A stretch of DNA of 64,000 nucleotides from Zancudomyces culisetae HAW-14-8 (GCA_052426225.1 JBNJNM010000011.1:3038001-3102000); one strand, 5' to 3'. Counted from the first letter of the stretch, positions 35,838 to 48,285 are shown. Numbers and translations: made by a program. Notes: generated from the letters alone by a model not told the origin.

Positions 35838-37499
35838 ATGGCATCAACGCAGACGAAAGAAAAGTCCTATGCGCAAACTGCGCAAAGGGGCAGCTACCAA
35901 GCTGCAAGAGGAGGTAGAGCGATGCTCTACCAACAATACTCTATCCTCCACTGGGTCGATGAGAGACCCGATGTAGGGAATATGATTGTTTGCAGAACCA
36001 GAGATGAGCGAAAACTCGCCATCCGAACCAGAAGCATCAACGCAAACTATGATGCAGCAATGGGTGAGATCTCTGATACCCTAAAAGACTTTGAAGTATC
36101 ATTCGACCAAGACAGAGAAAGAGGAGTTCTGTTTGTCTGGTTCAAAACAGTGGAAGACGCAGAAGCGGCTAGAAAGATCAAAAAAACTGTGTCAGGAAAG
36201 GAGCTAGATCTGTGGAACACCTTTCAACACACAGAAGTAACGAAAGTGGTGACCATACCATCATTCAAGAACGATGAGATCCATGGATTCGTCGCAAATC
36301 TATACCAAGTAATGAAGCACTATGGTGAGATTGCAGACATTATGGCATTAAGGGTGGCGGGCAACGATCACTTCGTTGTCAACAGCCTAAAGGTACTAAT
36401 AAGGATGCACAAGGGAGCTAAACTGCCTACAACAATAGTGGTAAAGGATGAAAAGATCAATCTGATCTGGGATGGGGCGCCAGCCTCTTGCACATACTGC
36501 AAGATTGAGGGTCACTGGAAGAGTGAATGCCCTGAACTGGCAAAACAAAGAAAAAGAAACAGACCAGACAGGTACAGAGAAATAAAACAAATGATAACAG
36601 AAGGCAAAAACCAGATTGAACAGGAGAGACAAAAAGAAATGGAAATGAATAAGGAGTTAGAAATGCAGAATGAACTAGAAAACCAACACGAAAAAAAAAG
36701 ACAACAAGAACAGGAAAAACGCCAGGAACGGGAAAAGCAGCAAAAAGAAGCCGAAAAGGAAGCGGAAAACGAAGCTGATAATGAAAATGAAAATGAGAAG
36801 GAAAGGGCAAGCGATAAAGAAAGCTTTGACGACGACTACGAAAGTCGTATGGACGAAGGTTACGACTCGGAAGAGGAAAAACAAGAACGAGTACAAAATG
36901 AAGAGGAAGCACGAAAACAAGCAGAACTGGAGAAAGCAGAAAACATGGAGGTGGAAAATATCATCAACGAAGTTATCTTTAATAACAACATTAGTAAAAA
37001 AAAAACAAAAAAACAAAAATTCAAAATACTGAAACAAAGCAGTAAACAAAAACAGATCAAAAAGATCAATAAACAAAAAAAAAATAAGGAAGACAATGCA
37101 GTCATAAGGCTGGCACAAAAGCTTGCGATGAAGGAAAAAGAAGTAAAAGAAAGAATAGAAAGAGAATCACTTACAGCAGAAGGGGAGACACGAATGGAAG
37201 CACAGCCACAACAAGAGGAACAAGGGCAAGAACAACAACAGCAACAAGAGCAGCAACAAGGACAAGAGCAGCAACAAGGACAAGAGCAGCAACAAGGACA
37301 AGAGCAAGTACAAGAACAACAGCAAGCACAGGAACAGAATCAAACGCAAAACCAGCAAGAGGCACCACACGGCGAGGCGGAAGACAGCGGAACCGGAAAA
37401 CCTCCGGATCAAGACAACAGCAATCAAATCGGTCCCAGCATCCATGATGCGGAGATGGAGGAAGACCCTCCTTCATCTCCGATAAATGTAATGGATTAA
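35838..37499 (+). CDS. LINE ORF1, copy X
   Basis: Near-identical to 29845-31506; one L/Q difference is visible in the Q-rich tract. Confidence 0.9.
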   Translation: MASTQTKEKSYAQTAQRGSYQAARGGRAMLYQQYSILHWVDERPDVGNMIVCRTRDERKLAIRTRSINANYDAAMGEISDTLKDFEVSFDQDRERGVLFVWFKTVEDAEAARKIKKTVSGKELDLWNTFQHTEVTKVVTIPSFKNDEIHGFVANLYQVMKHYGEIADIMALRVAGNDHFVVNSLKVLIRMHKGAKLPTTIVVKDEKINLIWDGAPASCTYCKIEGHWKSECPELAKQRKRNRPDRYREIKQMITEGKNQIEQERQKEMEMNKELEMQNELENQHEKKRQQEQEKRQEREKQQKEAEKEAENEADNENENEKERASDKESFDDDYESRMDEGYDSEEEKQERVQNEEEARKQAELEKAENMEVENIINEVIFNNNISKKKTKKQKFKILKQSSKQKQIKKINKQKKNKEDNAVIRLAQKLAMKEKEVKERIERESLTAEGETRMEAQPQQEEQGQEQQQQQEQQQGQEQQQGQEQQQGQEQVQEQQQAQEQNQTQNQQEAPHGEAEDSGTGKPPDQDNSNQIGPSIHDAEMEEDPPSSPINVMD

Positions 37500-37515
37500 C
37501 ATCCTATTCAAGTAA

Positions 37516-40500
37516 CAGAAATACATAAGTACAACAATAACAACAACAACAACACAAACAAAAATAACAACAAATATCATAACTGATAAACTACTGGTAC
37601 TCAACATACCAGAATTGTCTCAGAAAACTGTAAAATATTTTTTTTCGTTCATCACAAAAATCGAAAAAAAAAATTTACACGTTAAAAAAATCAAACAGAA
37701 AAATAAATCTTACCGCTTCGAAATCCAAAAAATCGACGGCTCCATGATTCGCATTACCGACCTAAATAAATTGAAGTTGGAAAAAAAATTAAAGTGTATA
37801 TTAAAATTAGAAGAGAATAAAAATGAAAGAGAGAAAAATTTAAAAAACGAAAAAACAAAAAATTTATACCAAAAAAAAATTGAAAAAAAAAATGAAAAAA
37901 TTAACCTAAAAATAATGACATACAACGTATGCTCAATAAAAAATAAAAAATATGAATTAGATTATTTTTTAACCAAAGTAAATCCAACCATACTATGCTT
38001 GCAGGAGACCCACCTGCAGGAGAAGTCTGGGAGGATGAACATAAATGGCTACACATGTGTAGAGTCAAAAAGGCCGACACTAAAGACGGGTTCTGGTCTT
38101 CTAGTGGGGGTAAAAAAAAATATTGGCTGGCACATAGAGGAGTATAAAAATAATAATACCTGGATGGCCGCAAAAATACATGGATATACAGAAAAGGAGC
38201 ATAAAAGACTGGAAGTGATGGTTGTGAATGTACACACACCACACAAGCCCAGAGAAAGGACACAGATGAAGAAGGAAGTAGAAGACTTTATAAACAAAGA
38301 ATACGGTAGAAACAGAGAAATAAAAATAATACTATGCGGAGACTTCAACATGAGGACGAGCATCGTCACACCATGGTTGAAAAAACTCAGGTGTATAGTC
38401 AGGAGAGCCCCGACAAGGAAACGAAGCGGAACTAGGATAACAAAAAAGCGACTGAAGAACACCATCGATCACATCTTTTATACCCCCACAGTAGGACAAT
38501 TCGTGACAACAAAACTACACAAAAAAATTGACCTCAGTGATCATCTGGCTATTACAGCCAACTTTACCATTGAGGAAATTAAACCAGAGCAGCAAAAAAA
38601 AATTGTCAACCGGAAACTATTGGACCAAAAATCAGAACTGTTCAGAACTCACAATAAATTTTCAATTTTGACATCTCTTAACGAAACTGACGAACTAATC
38701 AGTGAAACCGTTAATGAGACTAAAAAATTGATGGATAAGATGACAAGAAAAAATAATCCAAACCCAAAAAATAATGAGAAATTGGCCGAAAAAAATTCCG
38801 AAGCCAAAAAAAATCAACATTTTTTAAGTAAAAAAACGCGAAAGATGATCAAACTTCGTTGCAAATTGTTCAAAAAAATGCTCAGAACTTGTGATGAACA
38901 CGAGAAAGAGCTGTTTTATAATGATTACGTCCAGATGAAATCTAAAACTTCAAAGCTAATAAAAAGTGACCAAAAATTACATAATAAAAAGGAGTTAGTG
39001 AAACTATGTGAACACATCAAAGGCAATGATGCCAAGACGATGTGGAGATGGTTAAAAATGAGAGCTCTAAATAAAAAATCTGTGTTTAATAACGGAGGAG
39101 TCCTGGATGAATCAGGAAGGGAGATAACAGAGGAGGCAGAAAAACTCAAAGTATGGATAAAACATTTCTACAAGCTATCGAAGAATGAAAACTCAGCATT
39201 AAGCACAATCCCAGAAGAAAGAGAGGAGGAAGTGGACTACTTCAGAGAATGCGACGAAGAACCAACATGGACAGAAGTTAAAGAAGCGCTAAAAGAAACT
39301 CCGAGAAACAAAGCAGCGGGTGAAGATGGCATTCCGAGCGAAATCTGGAAATTTATACAGAGCGATGAAGATCCAGAATCGGAACTTGCAGTACTTTTAT
39401 TAACCATAATTAAAAAATTCTGGAATAATCCAAAGTTAAACAGTGAAAACAATACCAGCGTAATCGTTCCTATTTTCAAAAAAGGAAACACTAAAGACCC
39501 AAACAATTATAGGGGGATTTCGCTAATCCCAACCATAACCAAACTTATAGCCAAAATAGTCGCTAATAAATTAAGATTAATAGATAATAGACATATATTA
39601 TTAGCAAAAGAGCAAGCGGGATTCAGGACACTGGAGGAATGCGTAGCTCAAGCCACAGCGCTATACGAAATTATAAAAAGGCGAAAAATCAATAATACAA
39701 AAACCATAATTTGTTTTATTGATTTTGAAAAAGCCTACGACAAAGTGCAACACAATTTATTATTCAAAAAATTAAAAATGAACAAAATTAATGGTAAATT
39801 ACTGGCAGTAATTAAAGAACTCTATAATAACGCAAAAATAAAAGTAAGGGTAGGAAATGGATTATCGGAGGCGATGAACTTCGAAAGAGGTGTTCGCCAA
39901 GGATGCCCAGCCTCACCAATGCTTTTTGATATTTTTATCAACGATATATTTGAAGGAATGGAGGGAATAGAAGTGCCAGGGATTCAAGAAAAAATTCCGG
40001 GACTACTATTTGCAGACGATACAGTTTTATTGTCAGACACTCCAGAACAGATGCAAGAAGCACTTAACATGATGCAGCAATGGTGTCAGAAGTGGGACAT
40101 GAAGGTGAATGCTAGCAAGAGTGCGATTATGACAGTTGAAGCAGTGAATAGAACAAGCGACGAAAATAACAATAATATTGAAATTACGATTCCAGAATAC
40201 TTTTTGGGAAGTGCAAAAGTACCAGAAGTAGATGAATATAAATACTTGGGTGTTATATTCAATAAATATTGGAATAACAAGCTACACATACAGGAGAGGA
40301 AAGAAAAAGTACAAAGAGCAACCATGAGCAACTACTATCTACTCAAAGACAGAAATACACCGCTGTTGATGAAAAAGATGGTAATTAGGTCGATAGTCAT
40401 TGCGGTCGCTAGTTATGGAGGTGAAATGTTCGGCATGTCTGAAGCAAGGGTAAAACCGATACAGCAAGCCGTGGACAACACATTGAGAATAGCCATGGGA

Positions 40501-41361
40501 GTGGGCAGATCGACATGCATGAGGAGATTGCGAGAAGAATTAAATATAACAGATATTTACAGTAGAACGACCAGAGCTAGAGACAGAGCATTCCACAAAT
40601 GGAGTGGCATGAAAACATGGATAGCAGATTTAATACAGAACCCCTTCAAACACTCGAAGGACACTTGGGTCACAGGGTACACAAGGTGGTCTAACAGATT
40701 CAACAGGATCAAGATTGACAATGCACCAACCGGAGAGGTAAGAAAAACCAAAGAGACACTCGAGATAAACAACAGGCTGAAAGACAAGTCGAATATTACA
40801 AAGTGGATAAAGGAAGTTGGAGCAGGCCGACAAAGGAACTGGGTCGACTTACAAGCGGCCTTTCCGCAGTACATGAAACACATTCTTTTCGTAGGTCGAA
40901 TTCGAATAGGTCAATTTTGGACCGCCACGAGATTAGCAAATTCGGGTTTTATAGATCCAGATTACAAAGCCAAATGTCCGTTCTGTAAGAAAGAAGAAAA
41001 AGAAACAGTTGAGCATTACTTATTAGATTGCAGTAGATGGGACGAAATTAGGAAGGATTTACTTACCGAATTTATAGATTTTTATAGTTCTTTTTTATCT
41101 AGCACGATTTCCGAGTGTGTTGAGCTTCGCAGGAAAATCGTGGGTAAACTCCTGGGGGAGGAGTTAAAGCTCAAACTACCTGGGATTCTTCGGGATCCAA
41201 ACGCCACTTGCGTTAGAGCAGTGGTTTCCACAGCCCGGTTTCTTAACGAGACCTTTTTACCTCGCTACCTATTGTTGAAAGACATTAGTGTAGTCCCACT
41301 CCCCTTGAACCAATGCCCATCGGGTACGGAGACTCTAGAGAGTCGAAGGGGGATAGGATGA
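37516..41361 (+). CDS. LINE ORF2, copy X
   Basis: Intact, with roughly a dozen amino-acid differences from copy Y (e.g. KVE/KLE, AGY/ASY, NAIR/NTLR, NVPTGEI/NAPTGEV). Confidence 0.95.
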   Translation, partial: QKYISTTITTTTTQTKITTNIITDKLLVLNIPELSQKTVKYFFSFITKIEKKNLHVKKIKQKNKSYRFEIQKIDGSMIRITDLNKLKLEKKLKCILKLEENKNEREKNLKNEKTKNLYQKKIEKKNEKINLKIMTYNVCSIKNKKYELDYFLTKVNPTILCLQETHLQEKSGRMNINGYTCVESKRPTLKTGSGLLVGVKKNIGWHIEEYKNNNTWMAAKIHGYTEKEHKRLEVMVVNVHTPHKPRERTQMKKEVEDFINKEYGRNREIKIILCGDFNMRTSIVTPWLKKLRCIVRRAPTRKRSGTRITKKRLKNTIDHIFYTPTVGQFVTTKLHKKIDLSDHLAITANFTIEEIKPEQQKKIVNRKLLDQKSELFRTHNKFSILTSLNETDELISETVNETKKLMDKMTRKNNPNPKNNEKLAEKNSEAKKNQHFLSKKTRKMIKLRCKLFKKMLRTCDEHEKELFYNDYVQMKSKTSKLIKSDQKLHNKKELVKLCEHIKGNDAKTMWRWLKMRALNKKSVFNNGGVLDESGREITEEAEKLKVWIKHFYKLSKNENSALSTIPEEREEEVDYFRECDEEPTWTEVKEALKETPRNKAAGEDGIPSEIWKFIQSDEDPESELAVLLLTIIKKFWNNPKLNSENNTSVIVPIFKKGNTKDPNNYRGISLIPTITKLIAKIVANKLRLIDNRHILLAKEQAGFRTLEECVAQATALYEIIKRRKINNTKTIICFIDFEKAYDKVQHNLLFKKLKMNKINGKLLAVIKELYNNAKIKVRVGNGLSEAMNFERGVRQGCPASPMLFDIFINDIFEGMEGIEVPGIQEKIPGLLFADDTVLLSDTPEQMQEALNMMQQWCQKWDMKVNASKSAIMTVEAVNRTSDENNNNIEITIPEYFLGSAKVPEVDEYKYLGVIFNKYWNNKLHIQERKEKVQRATMSNYYLLKDRNTPLLMKKMVIRSIVIAVASYGGEMFGMSEARVKPIQQAVDNTLRIAMGVGRSTCMRRLREELNITDIYSRTTRARDRAFHKWSGMKTWIADLIQNPFKHSKDTWVTGYTRWSNRFNRIKIDNAPTGEVRKTKETLEINNRLKDKSNITKWIKEVGAGRQRNWVDLQAAFPQYMKHILFVGRIRIGQFWTATRLANSGFIDPDYKAKCPFCKKEEKETVEHYLLDCSRWDEIRKDLLTEFIDFYSSFLSSTISECVELRRKIVGKLLGEELKLKLPGILRDPNATCVRAVVSTARFLNETFLPRYLLLKDISVVPLPLNQCPSGTETLESRRGIG

Positions 41362-42668
41362 GTTTAGATTATAGATTGTTTTTATTTTTTTTAGGAACTG
41401 TTTATCTTCTAAATAAATTTTTTTTCTACCGAAAAAAAAAAAAAAAAAAAAAATAGATGAAAAGTTCAAGACCAGGTACCCATTTTGTAAAAAAAATAGC
41501 ACGAAAACCATTGAGCACATGTTACTGGACTGTAAATACTGGACTGGAGTTAGGTATAAAAATCTGGAACGTATCTCAGATATGTCAATTATAGGAAGTG
41601 AGGAGAGAGGTAGTAGTGAAGGATGGCGGAATTTTTTTGTAGGGCGACTCCTTGGAGGGGAGTCAAAAAGAATGGTTACTCTCTCTGTTAAGAAGAGAGA
41701 AACCGAAGCACCGTCTTTGGTTGAGCTGGTAACGGCACAATTTTTGGACGGAATATGTCGAACGAGGATGCAAATCTTAGACCGACTTAGATCAGAAACA
41801 ACCTCCTTGAACCAACGCCTGGTGGGTATGGAGTCCCTAGAGCGACAGAGGGGAATTGGTTAGGTAGATATTTTATAGGATTATTTTTTGAAGTTTTATG
41901 GGATATTTATTTAATATTTTCATCTAACAAAAAAAGATGACATCACTGACCACGTTTTCTCTGCCCACTGCCCTACTCTTCATATTTCATACTTTTCACA
42001 GAAGCTTTGTATTCCAGATGTTATATATGCTACTCCTTATGAACAGCATTTTTTTGAAATATGTTTTAGTTTGTTCATCTCCGCCTTCCTAGTTAATGGA
42101 GGTGGGATGGCAATCCTTTAGGAAGATGACTCAGGGACTTGGTGAGGTTTGACCAGGATTTGTTATCTATAGAAAATTGATTCCATGAAATCATCCAATA
42201 TACCCGAAAATAAATTGAACCTCCTTTTTATCCGAGATTTTTATTTGCTACCAGACACGTTGTCTTATTGTTTTAGCCATTTGAAATTTGCGTTTAAATT
42301 TCAAGATAAAGTAACAAATTGGTTCAAGGGAAAGTAGTACTACCAGTTTTCAATGCATATTCTCAAAAAGGAATAAATGATAAATGTCGTGTATAAAAAG
42401 TAGATGTGTAGCTATCTTTGTGTTCTATGAAGCTCGTGTTGTGTGAAAAGGCTGAAGAATAATATTTCTTGTGTTGCCATGGTCAAATATAGTAATATAT
42501 ACTACTCCATCCCTTCATATATCTTTTATATTGGACTAATAATCTCAAAAGTGCCTGAATTTTCTCTGTATGACTATAACTTTTTTTTTCTAAAAAAAAA
42601 GCCTGTAAAAGTAGAAATTTGATTATCTATGTTTTTTTTACTATATCCAGGAAGAACAGATAAACAAT

Positions 42669-43196
42669 ATGAGCTTAGAAGTATCTGTAGCGGTATTAAT
42701 AGTTTCGGGTATACTCGGGGGATTCTTGCTATCTGCAGCACTATGTATTTGTATCTACTCACTATTGAATAAAAAGACCACAAACGTTACTATACATGAG
42801 ACTGAGCTTTTGCGTCGGGAAAACCAGATACAAAGCTATACACATAACACAGTATATGATCGATACTTTAACTCATCATACCAAGAAAGCTTGCCAAAAT
42901 ATACACCAACATTATTCGATTCACCTCAGCTAATTGAACAATTTTTAAAAGTGTCTTGGAGCTTGGTTGATGAAAGTAAAGAAAAAAATACAGACGTGTA
43001 TGAAATAGATACCCATATCTGTACATTGTGTGATATAAAAATTCTGCCAAAGACTATGGTACGAAAAATTCCCTGCGGTCATAAATTCCATGTCTCTTGT
43101 CTGGATTATCATTTAATACACATTTCTGCACTATGCCCCACATGTAACTTGGATCTTTTCAAAGCCAGGCCAACGAGGCTTACCATTGATTTTTGA
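42669..43196 (+). CDS. Single-pass membrane RING-H2 protein (putative E3 ligase)
   Basis: N-terminal TM helix and a C3H2C3 pattern CTLC...IPCGHKFHVSC...CPTC. Confidence 0.82.
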   Translation: MSLEVSVAVLIVSGILGGFLLSAALCICIYSLLNKKTTNVTIHETELLRRENQIQSYTHNTVYDRYFNSSYQESLPKYTPTLFDSPQLIEQFLKVSWSLVDESKEKNTDVYEIDTHICTLCDIKILPKTMVRKIPCGHKFHVSCLDYHLIHISALCPTCNLDLFKARPTRLTIDF

Positions 43197-44904
43197 ATAT
43201 ATACTTTTAGGTGTTTTTGTTGATTTGTACTTTTTAGTTATCTGCATGGTGAATGTAAAGTGAGCATAACAAGAAAACATGGATTTCTCTAATTTTTCAG
43301 CTTTTGACTCTATGTTTAAAAGATTGTTAGTATGTTTGAAGCTCACCTTGTTTTTATTTATTTACTAAATTTTCGCAATACCTCCCCCCCTCACTATGCT
43401 GCTAATACTAAGCCATTATGCAATTCAACAGTTTTTAGGTGGTGTTTAGCATACCGATTTCTTAGTTTAAATATTTATAATGACTTTAATTATCAAATAC
43501 CCGGAAAGTATCTCGAAAAAAACAAGTATCATATAACAACCGGCTTTTTTAGTATAAAAAAAAAGTGGTACCTTGTCAATTGGACTCTGCACCAGCTCAA
43601 CTTATGTATGAGCATAGTTCTGACCAAAACATCAGGGTAACCTAAATGCCATTTTTCGAATCCATATAATAACTCGCAAGTTATGTTCAAGTGTGAATTA
43701 TTCTAAATCGACTATAAATTAGTAGTAATAAGCTAGTTGCTCTTTTCTACAAATTAATGTAACAATACTTTTAAAAAGATCGTAGCGCCTACTTGTTAAA
43801 GTATTCATTGCTTGTGTTGTTCCAAAGGAATGATCACTTTGACGTCTTGTTTTAAATACCTTATATCAATGAACCCCATCATTTGGTACAAAAACTGTAC
43901 TATTATAGCTTATTAGACCAACAGTGCTAACTAGAGAAAAATACCGATGCATCTAAAATTACCATTCCTTTTAAAAATGAATATTCACTGCCAATAATAC
44001 TCGTGCACAAATCCACAAATATATGAGCAACAGATAGGCATTAATATATAATATAGCTTAGGTATGCCGAACAGCTTATTAATCTTTAGGGTGGTAAAAA
44101 CAACCCCCTAAACGTTATTTCTCTCCTTTCTTTTCAAATTGAATACATAAATAACATGTCCTTGTTACCATATCCTACAAGTTTGAGCTAATATGTGTAT
44201 ATTAAGTGGTCAGATCCCTTTTCACCAGTTTTTTCACAATGCTCGGGTTTTGAATTGCCAACTAAAAAAAGCCGCCAATGGCTTCAACATAAATGTGTTT
44301 GTAACAATGGTTTAAATAGAAACCCAATAAGTTGTTATTACTAATCCAATTTTTTCGTTTTTATTTGCTTTTTTTTTACAAATAAGGAAAGCGAAAAGAC
44401 AATTAAACTAGATTTCAGGATAAATCGCTAAAACTTACCAGTAAGAAATGGGAGATTATGGATTTACCTGCTAAAGGAGAATAAAAAAGCATCCTTTTCC
44501 ATCAGGCAATGATGCCGAAGATACCAACGTGATTACGTTATTATTTGTTTTGTTTCCAATGAGGTAGTGAATAAATCGAGGGTGCGAAATAGTATCGAAT
44601 TTAAGATTATAGCTGCAAAAAAAAACCTCAATGAAAAGCAGCAAGAAAGCCTGAATCAAACATATTAAAATATTCTCTTAACCAGGTTGACTAGCTATGA
44701 ATTAGATTATTGATTAAGTCTTATATATTATTGTAGTGAAAAATAAGTATAATACCCATACTCGGTAGAGGCGTGAAGCATAGCCCATACACTCATCTTT
44801 TCCTCAAGATATAACTCTTGGTATTATAATTTTTGTAAATAAAACAATTTCTAGTAAGTGGCTAGAGATTAATTACACACTAAAAAAAGGATTTCAATCA
44901 AAGA

Positions 44905-46908
44905 ATGTCGTGGCTGAGACCAAGTAAGTTGAATCGATACCTATCAATATGTGTAACATTCTTTCCTTTTTTCATAAATTGAGGTGCTTAATAACGGATT
45001 CTGACTGTAAACTAAAACAAAAGATAATAGTTGAAACATTAATGACAAAAGGATATACAAATACATAAAATAGAGCCGAAAAAGGAGGGTAGTAATGTTG
45101 GTATAGAAAAGGGATTCTCAAACTTGAGTGTGAAGGACAATAAGGAGGATGTAACAACAAATGCAAAGATTAACGAGCGGGCAACAGGAACTGAGTACCA
45201 AAACAAAACTGCTCATAGCACGGAGAGGGAGAATTTAGGAGAAGTAGAAAACCTGCATAAGGAAAAAAAGTTAGTACAAGGTCTCCAAAAGAAGACTCAG
45301 CCGCAACAGCACTTCCAAGAACAATTTCAGCAACAGAGACAGTTCCAGCAACAACCAAGACAGCAGCCACAGAGACAGCAATACTACCAGAGTGTAAACG
45401 CAAATGCCAACGCGGGTAGAACCGGGCATGTTGCGGGAAATACAGGTGGTGGTAATGGAAAAGCAGGTGTGTTGGTAGTGAAAGTACTCAATGGAAGAGG
45501 CGTAATGCCACTGTCAAAAGCACAGAGCATAGCAAGTTCTTATTCCTCGTATAAAAACGAAGTACAACAGCGTCCTTACGCCATCATATCGTTTGATGCG
45601 AATGAGGTAATAGCAGCACCAGTTGGTGGAGATATGCTTAATCCAATATGGGGATATCGAGCCAGTTTTGATGTTTGTCGTAGAAGTGAAGTAATTATAT
45701 CATTGTATCAGCAGATTGAAAAGTACGTGGAAGGAAGTGACAAAAAAATAACCACAGCGATATTTCTTGGGAGGGTGAAGCTAGTACCTGAGTTTGTAGA
45801 TGGGAAATTTGTAGATGAATGGGTTTCACTAAGTGTAAGTGGGCATATACACATAAATTATTGTTTTAACCGAAGCGTGAGTGGCAGACCAATTAATATA
45901 GACGATTTTGAGCTTCTCAAGGTAATTGGAAAGGGTAGCTTTGGTAAAGTAATGCAGGTTCGCAAAAGGGATACAGGACGAATATATGCAATGAAAATTA
46001 TCTCGAAAAGTAAAATTGTCATGCGGTCAGAGGTGGCTCACACACTGGCGGAGAGAAACGTTCTTGCAAAAATAAACCATCCATTTATCGTACCCCTAAA
46101 ATTTTCTTTCCAAACAAAGGAGAAGCTATATTTTGTGTTGGCATTTATAAATGGGGGCGAACTGTTTCACCATCTGCAAGTAGAAGGACGGTTTGATCAA
46201 CACCGAAGTCGATTTTATGCAGCAGAGCTTTTATGTGCGCTAGAATGCTTACATAGTTACGATGTCATCTATCGGGACCTAAAGCCCGAAAATATTCTAA
46301 TAGACTATACTGGTCACATTTTGTTGTGTGACTTTGGTTTGTGTAAACTAAACATGACAGACGAGAAAAAGACAAACACATTTTGTGGAACCCCTGAATA
46401 CCTAGCCCCTGAGCTACTATTGGGTAAGGGGTACACTAGGACTGTAGATTGGTGGACATTCGGTGTATTGCTTTATGAAATGCTCACAGGTCTACCGCCT
46501 TTTTATAGTGAAAACATCAATGAAATGTATCATCGCGTATTACAAGATGAGTTGGTGTTTCCAGAGGACGTTGTTGGAAGCCGTGCTAGAAGTCTCCTAA
46601 GGGGTCTTTTGACGCGTGATCCCACTAAAAGGCTAGGAAACAAAGGTAGTGGAGAGATTAAAGCTATGCCTTTCTTTGCAGAGATAGATTGGGATCTGCT
46701 CCTGGGTAGAAAATACGAGCCACCCTTCAGGCCCTCCGTCAAATCAGCCTTTGACACTTCAAACTTTGACGAGACCTTTACTGCTGAACTTCCTATGGAT
46801 TCCTATATTCCAGACTCTAATTTGTCCGACACTGTTCAGCAGCAATTTATGGGCTTTACTTATGACGGTGGTGGTGGTGGTCCTATGTCATACGGACCCA
46901 ACAACTAG
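44905..46908 (+). CDS. YPK1: AGC Ser/Thr kinase Ypk1/Gad8, 2 exons (44905-44923, 45074-46908)
   Basis: ATGTCGTGGCTGAGACCAA|gtaagt...tag|AGCCG gives MSWLRPKPKK. C2-like domain, kinase motifs DFELLKVIGKGSFGKVMQVRKRDT and TNTFCGTPEYLAPELL, and hydrophobic motif QQQFMGFTY. Confidence 0.92.
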
Positions 46909-48285
46909 CTTTTAATTTAATTATTTCTCCATGTTTTTATTTTCTCTTTTCTTGCTTGATTCGAATCACATTATCTAGTACTTATTACCAAACTCAGTTG
47001 ATTATTGTAATGACTAATTTTGATAGTAGCAGCGGTAGTACTACTACTAGTGCAATTACTAGTAGCGGTATGGACAGGATACAGAACACTACAAACAAGC
47101 AATTCTCGCAGTGCTGCGGAGAAAAGTTCATACCTGTGTTTTGTATACCATATATGTGAATGTTTAGTACTGCAGAAACACATACTTTAAAAAATGATAA
47201 CAAGAGTAGTTGTGCATGATCTAATGTTTGAGAAGAAAATGAAGAATCTTTGATTTCTTTTAATCTAGCTTCACTTTTTATATTACGAGTGAAACTGGTA
47301 GGTAAAGGTGTAATTTGTTTTTTTATCTTTGAGAGCTACTCAAAAGCATGGAAATAACATAGAAAAATAAGAAGCCAGGAAGTAACACAACTAGCCAATA
47401 TAAGCTCTTATCACTCTCCTCTTATCACATTCAGATATAATAATTAGTATAGTCGACCAAGAATTGCTCTAGGTGTACTAAATGAAAGCCAATAAGGGCA
47501 AATGTAAGGCCTTTGGTAGAAGCACCACTGCGTAAATGACGCATTCGCACCAGTTTGTTCGCATTGATGGGTGTGAGAACTTTTTTTTTAGCCATGCAAT
47601 TGCGAATTGATAACGATAGACCTTTGGATATCTAACTGAACTCACTTGTTTCTGTGCCACACTAGCAAAAGGGGACCCACTTCTCCGCTTGACTGTAGTT
47701 TGCCTTTTTGAACTAATTTTTGGGCCTCTTATGAGTATTAGAGATAATTCCCAATGTCCATAACGATATTACGCAAAAGCTGATTGGCCATAAGCTCTGC
47801 AGAAAAATGTTCACGAGACAATTTCACTCGGTGGTGTGTTCAAATAGGACTGACATAATAGAGGGCAGAGGGAGTGGGAGTGGGAGTGGGGGGAGTGGGG
47901 GGCGTGGATAAACACCAAGCTGTTCACGGGAGTCTTTTTCAGTAATGCGACTCATTTATTTATCTGTGCAGATAAAAATTACTTGTCTTTGAGAGGCAAC
48001 TTGTAAATATATAGTGTGCTGAAGCGTTTAGTACTAAAAGAACATAACCAATTCAGCTGAACACCGTTGCGACATTGGCCTGAATAGACCGTTGGAGAAA
48101 ACATGGGATTATATTTGTATACTTTATGAAAACGTTGAAAATATTAGATAAAAAAATACGTATGCGGAGGATTCCGTCAAAAAAATATCATAATATAGGT
48201 GTACAATCATTTCAGACTTGAATTATATAGTATTTTAAAAGAGACCTTGTGCAACCAAGAAAGTACCATAAGTACATGGCTAAAG

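Larger units (their letters stand above)
29359..41451 (+). mobile_element. LINE copy X (APE-type non-LTR retrotransposon): 5' tip 29359-29423, body 35481-41451
   Basis: Flanked by a 13-bp TSD AATAGATGAAAAG (29346-29358 and 41452-41464). Has ORF1, ORF2 and a poly(A) tail. Confidence 0.92.
29100..41935 (+). pseudogene. Old, 5'-truncated, decayed LINE (Z), 3' part of ORF2 only, split by the younger insertions (about 29100-29358 plus 41465-41935)
   Basis: The left part reads NDKSKISRWLLNRNLEGMNNWIYLQLIYPEHKQRLMAIEKIRRGRF*TAERLVKLETIDEK. It resumes in frame after the insertion as FKTRYPFCKKNSTKTIEHMLLDCKYW...SLNQRLVGMESLERQRGIG*, then a short 3' UTR and A7. Homologous to the ORF2 C-terminus of the intact elements. 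The 5' boundary is approximate. Confidence 0.88.

Noticed and set aside
29438-41451. 6-kb tandem repeat as an assembly artefact or unequal-crossover duplication
   Set aside because: The copies differ by scattered substitutions, have different 5' tags, and each has its own TSD and poly(A), which fits two retrotransposition events.
29100-41935. RIP-like hypermutation of relic Z (apparent W-to-stop, C-to-Y and E-to-K changes are all G>A)
   Set aside because: Few sites, mixed dinucleotide contexts and no true ancestor for comparison. The adjacent near-identical copies are unmutated. No convincing TSD was found for Z either.
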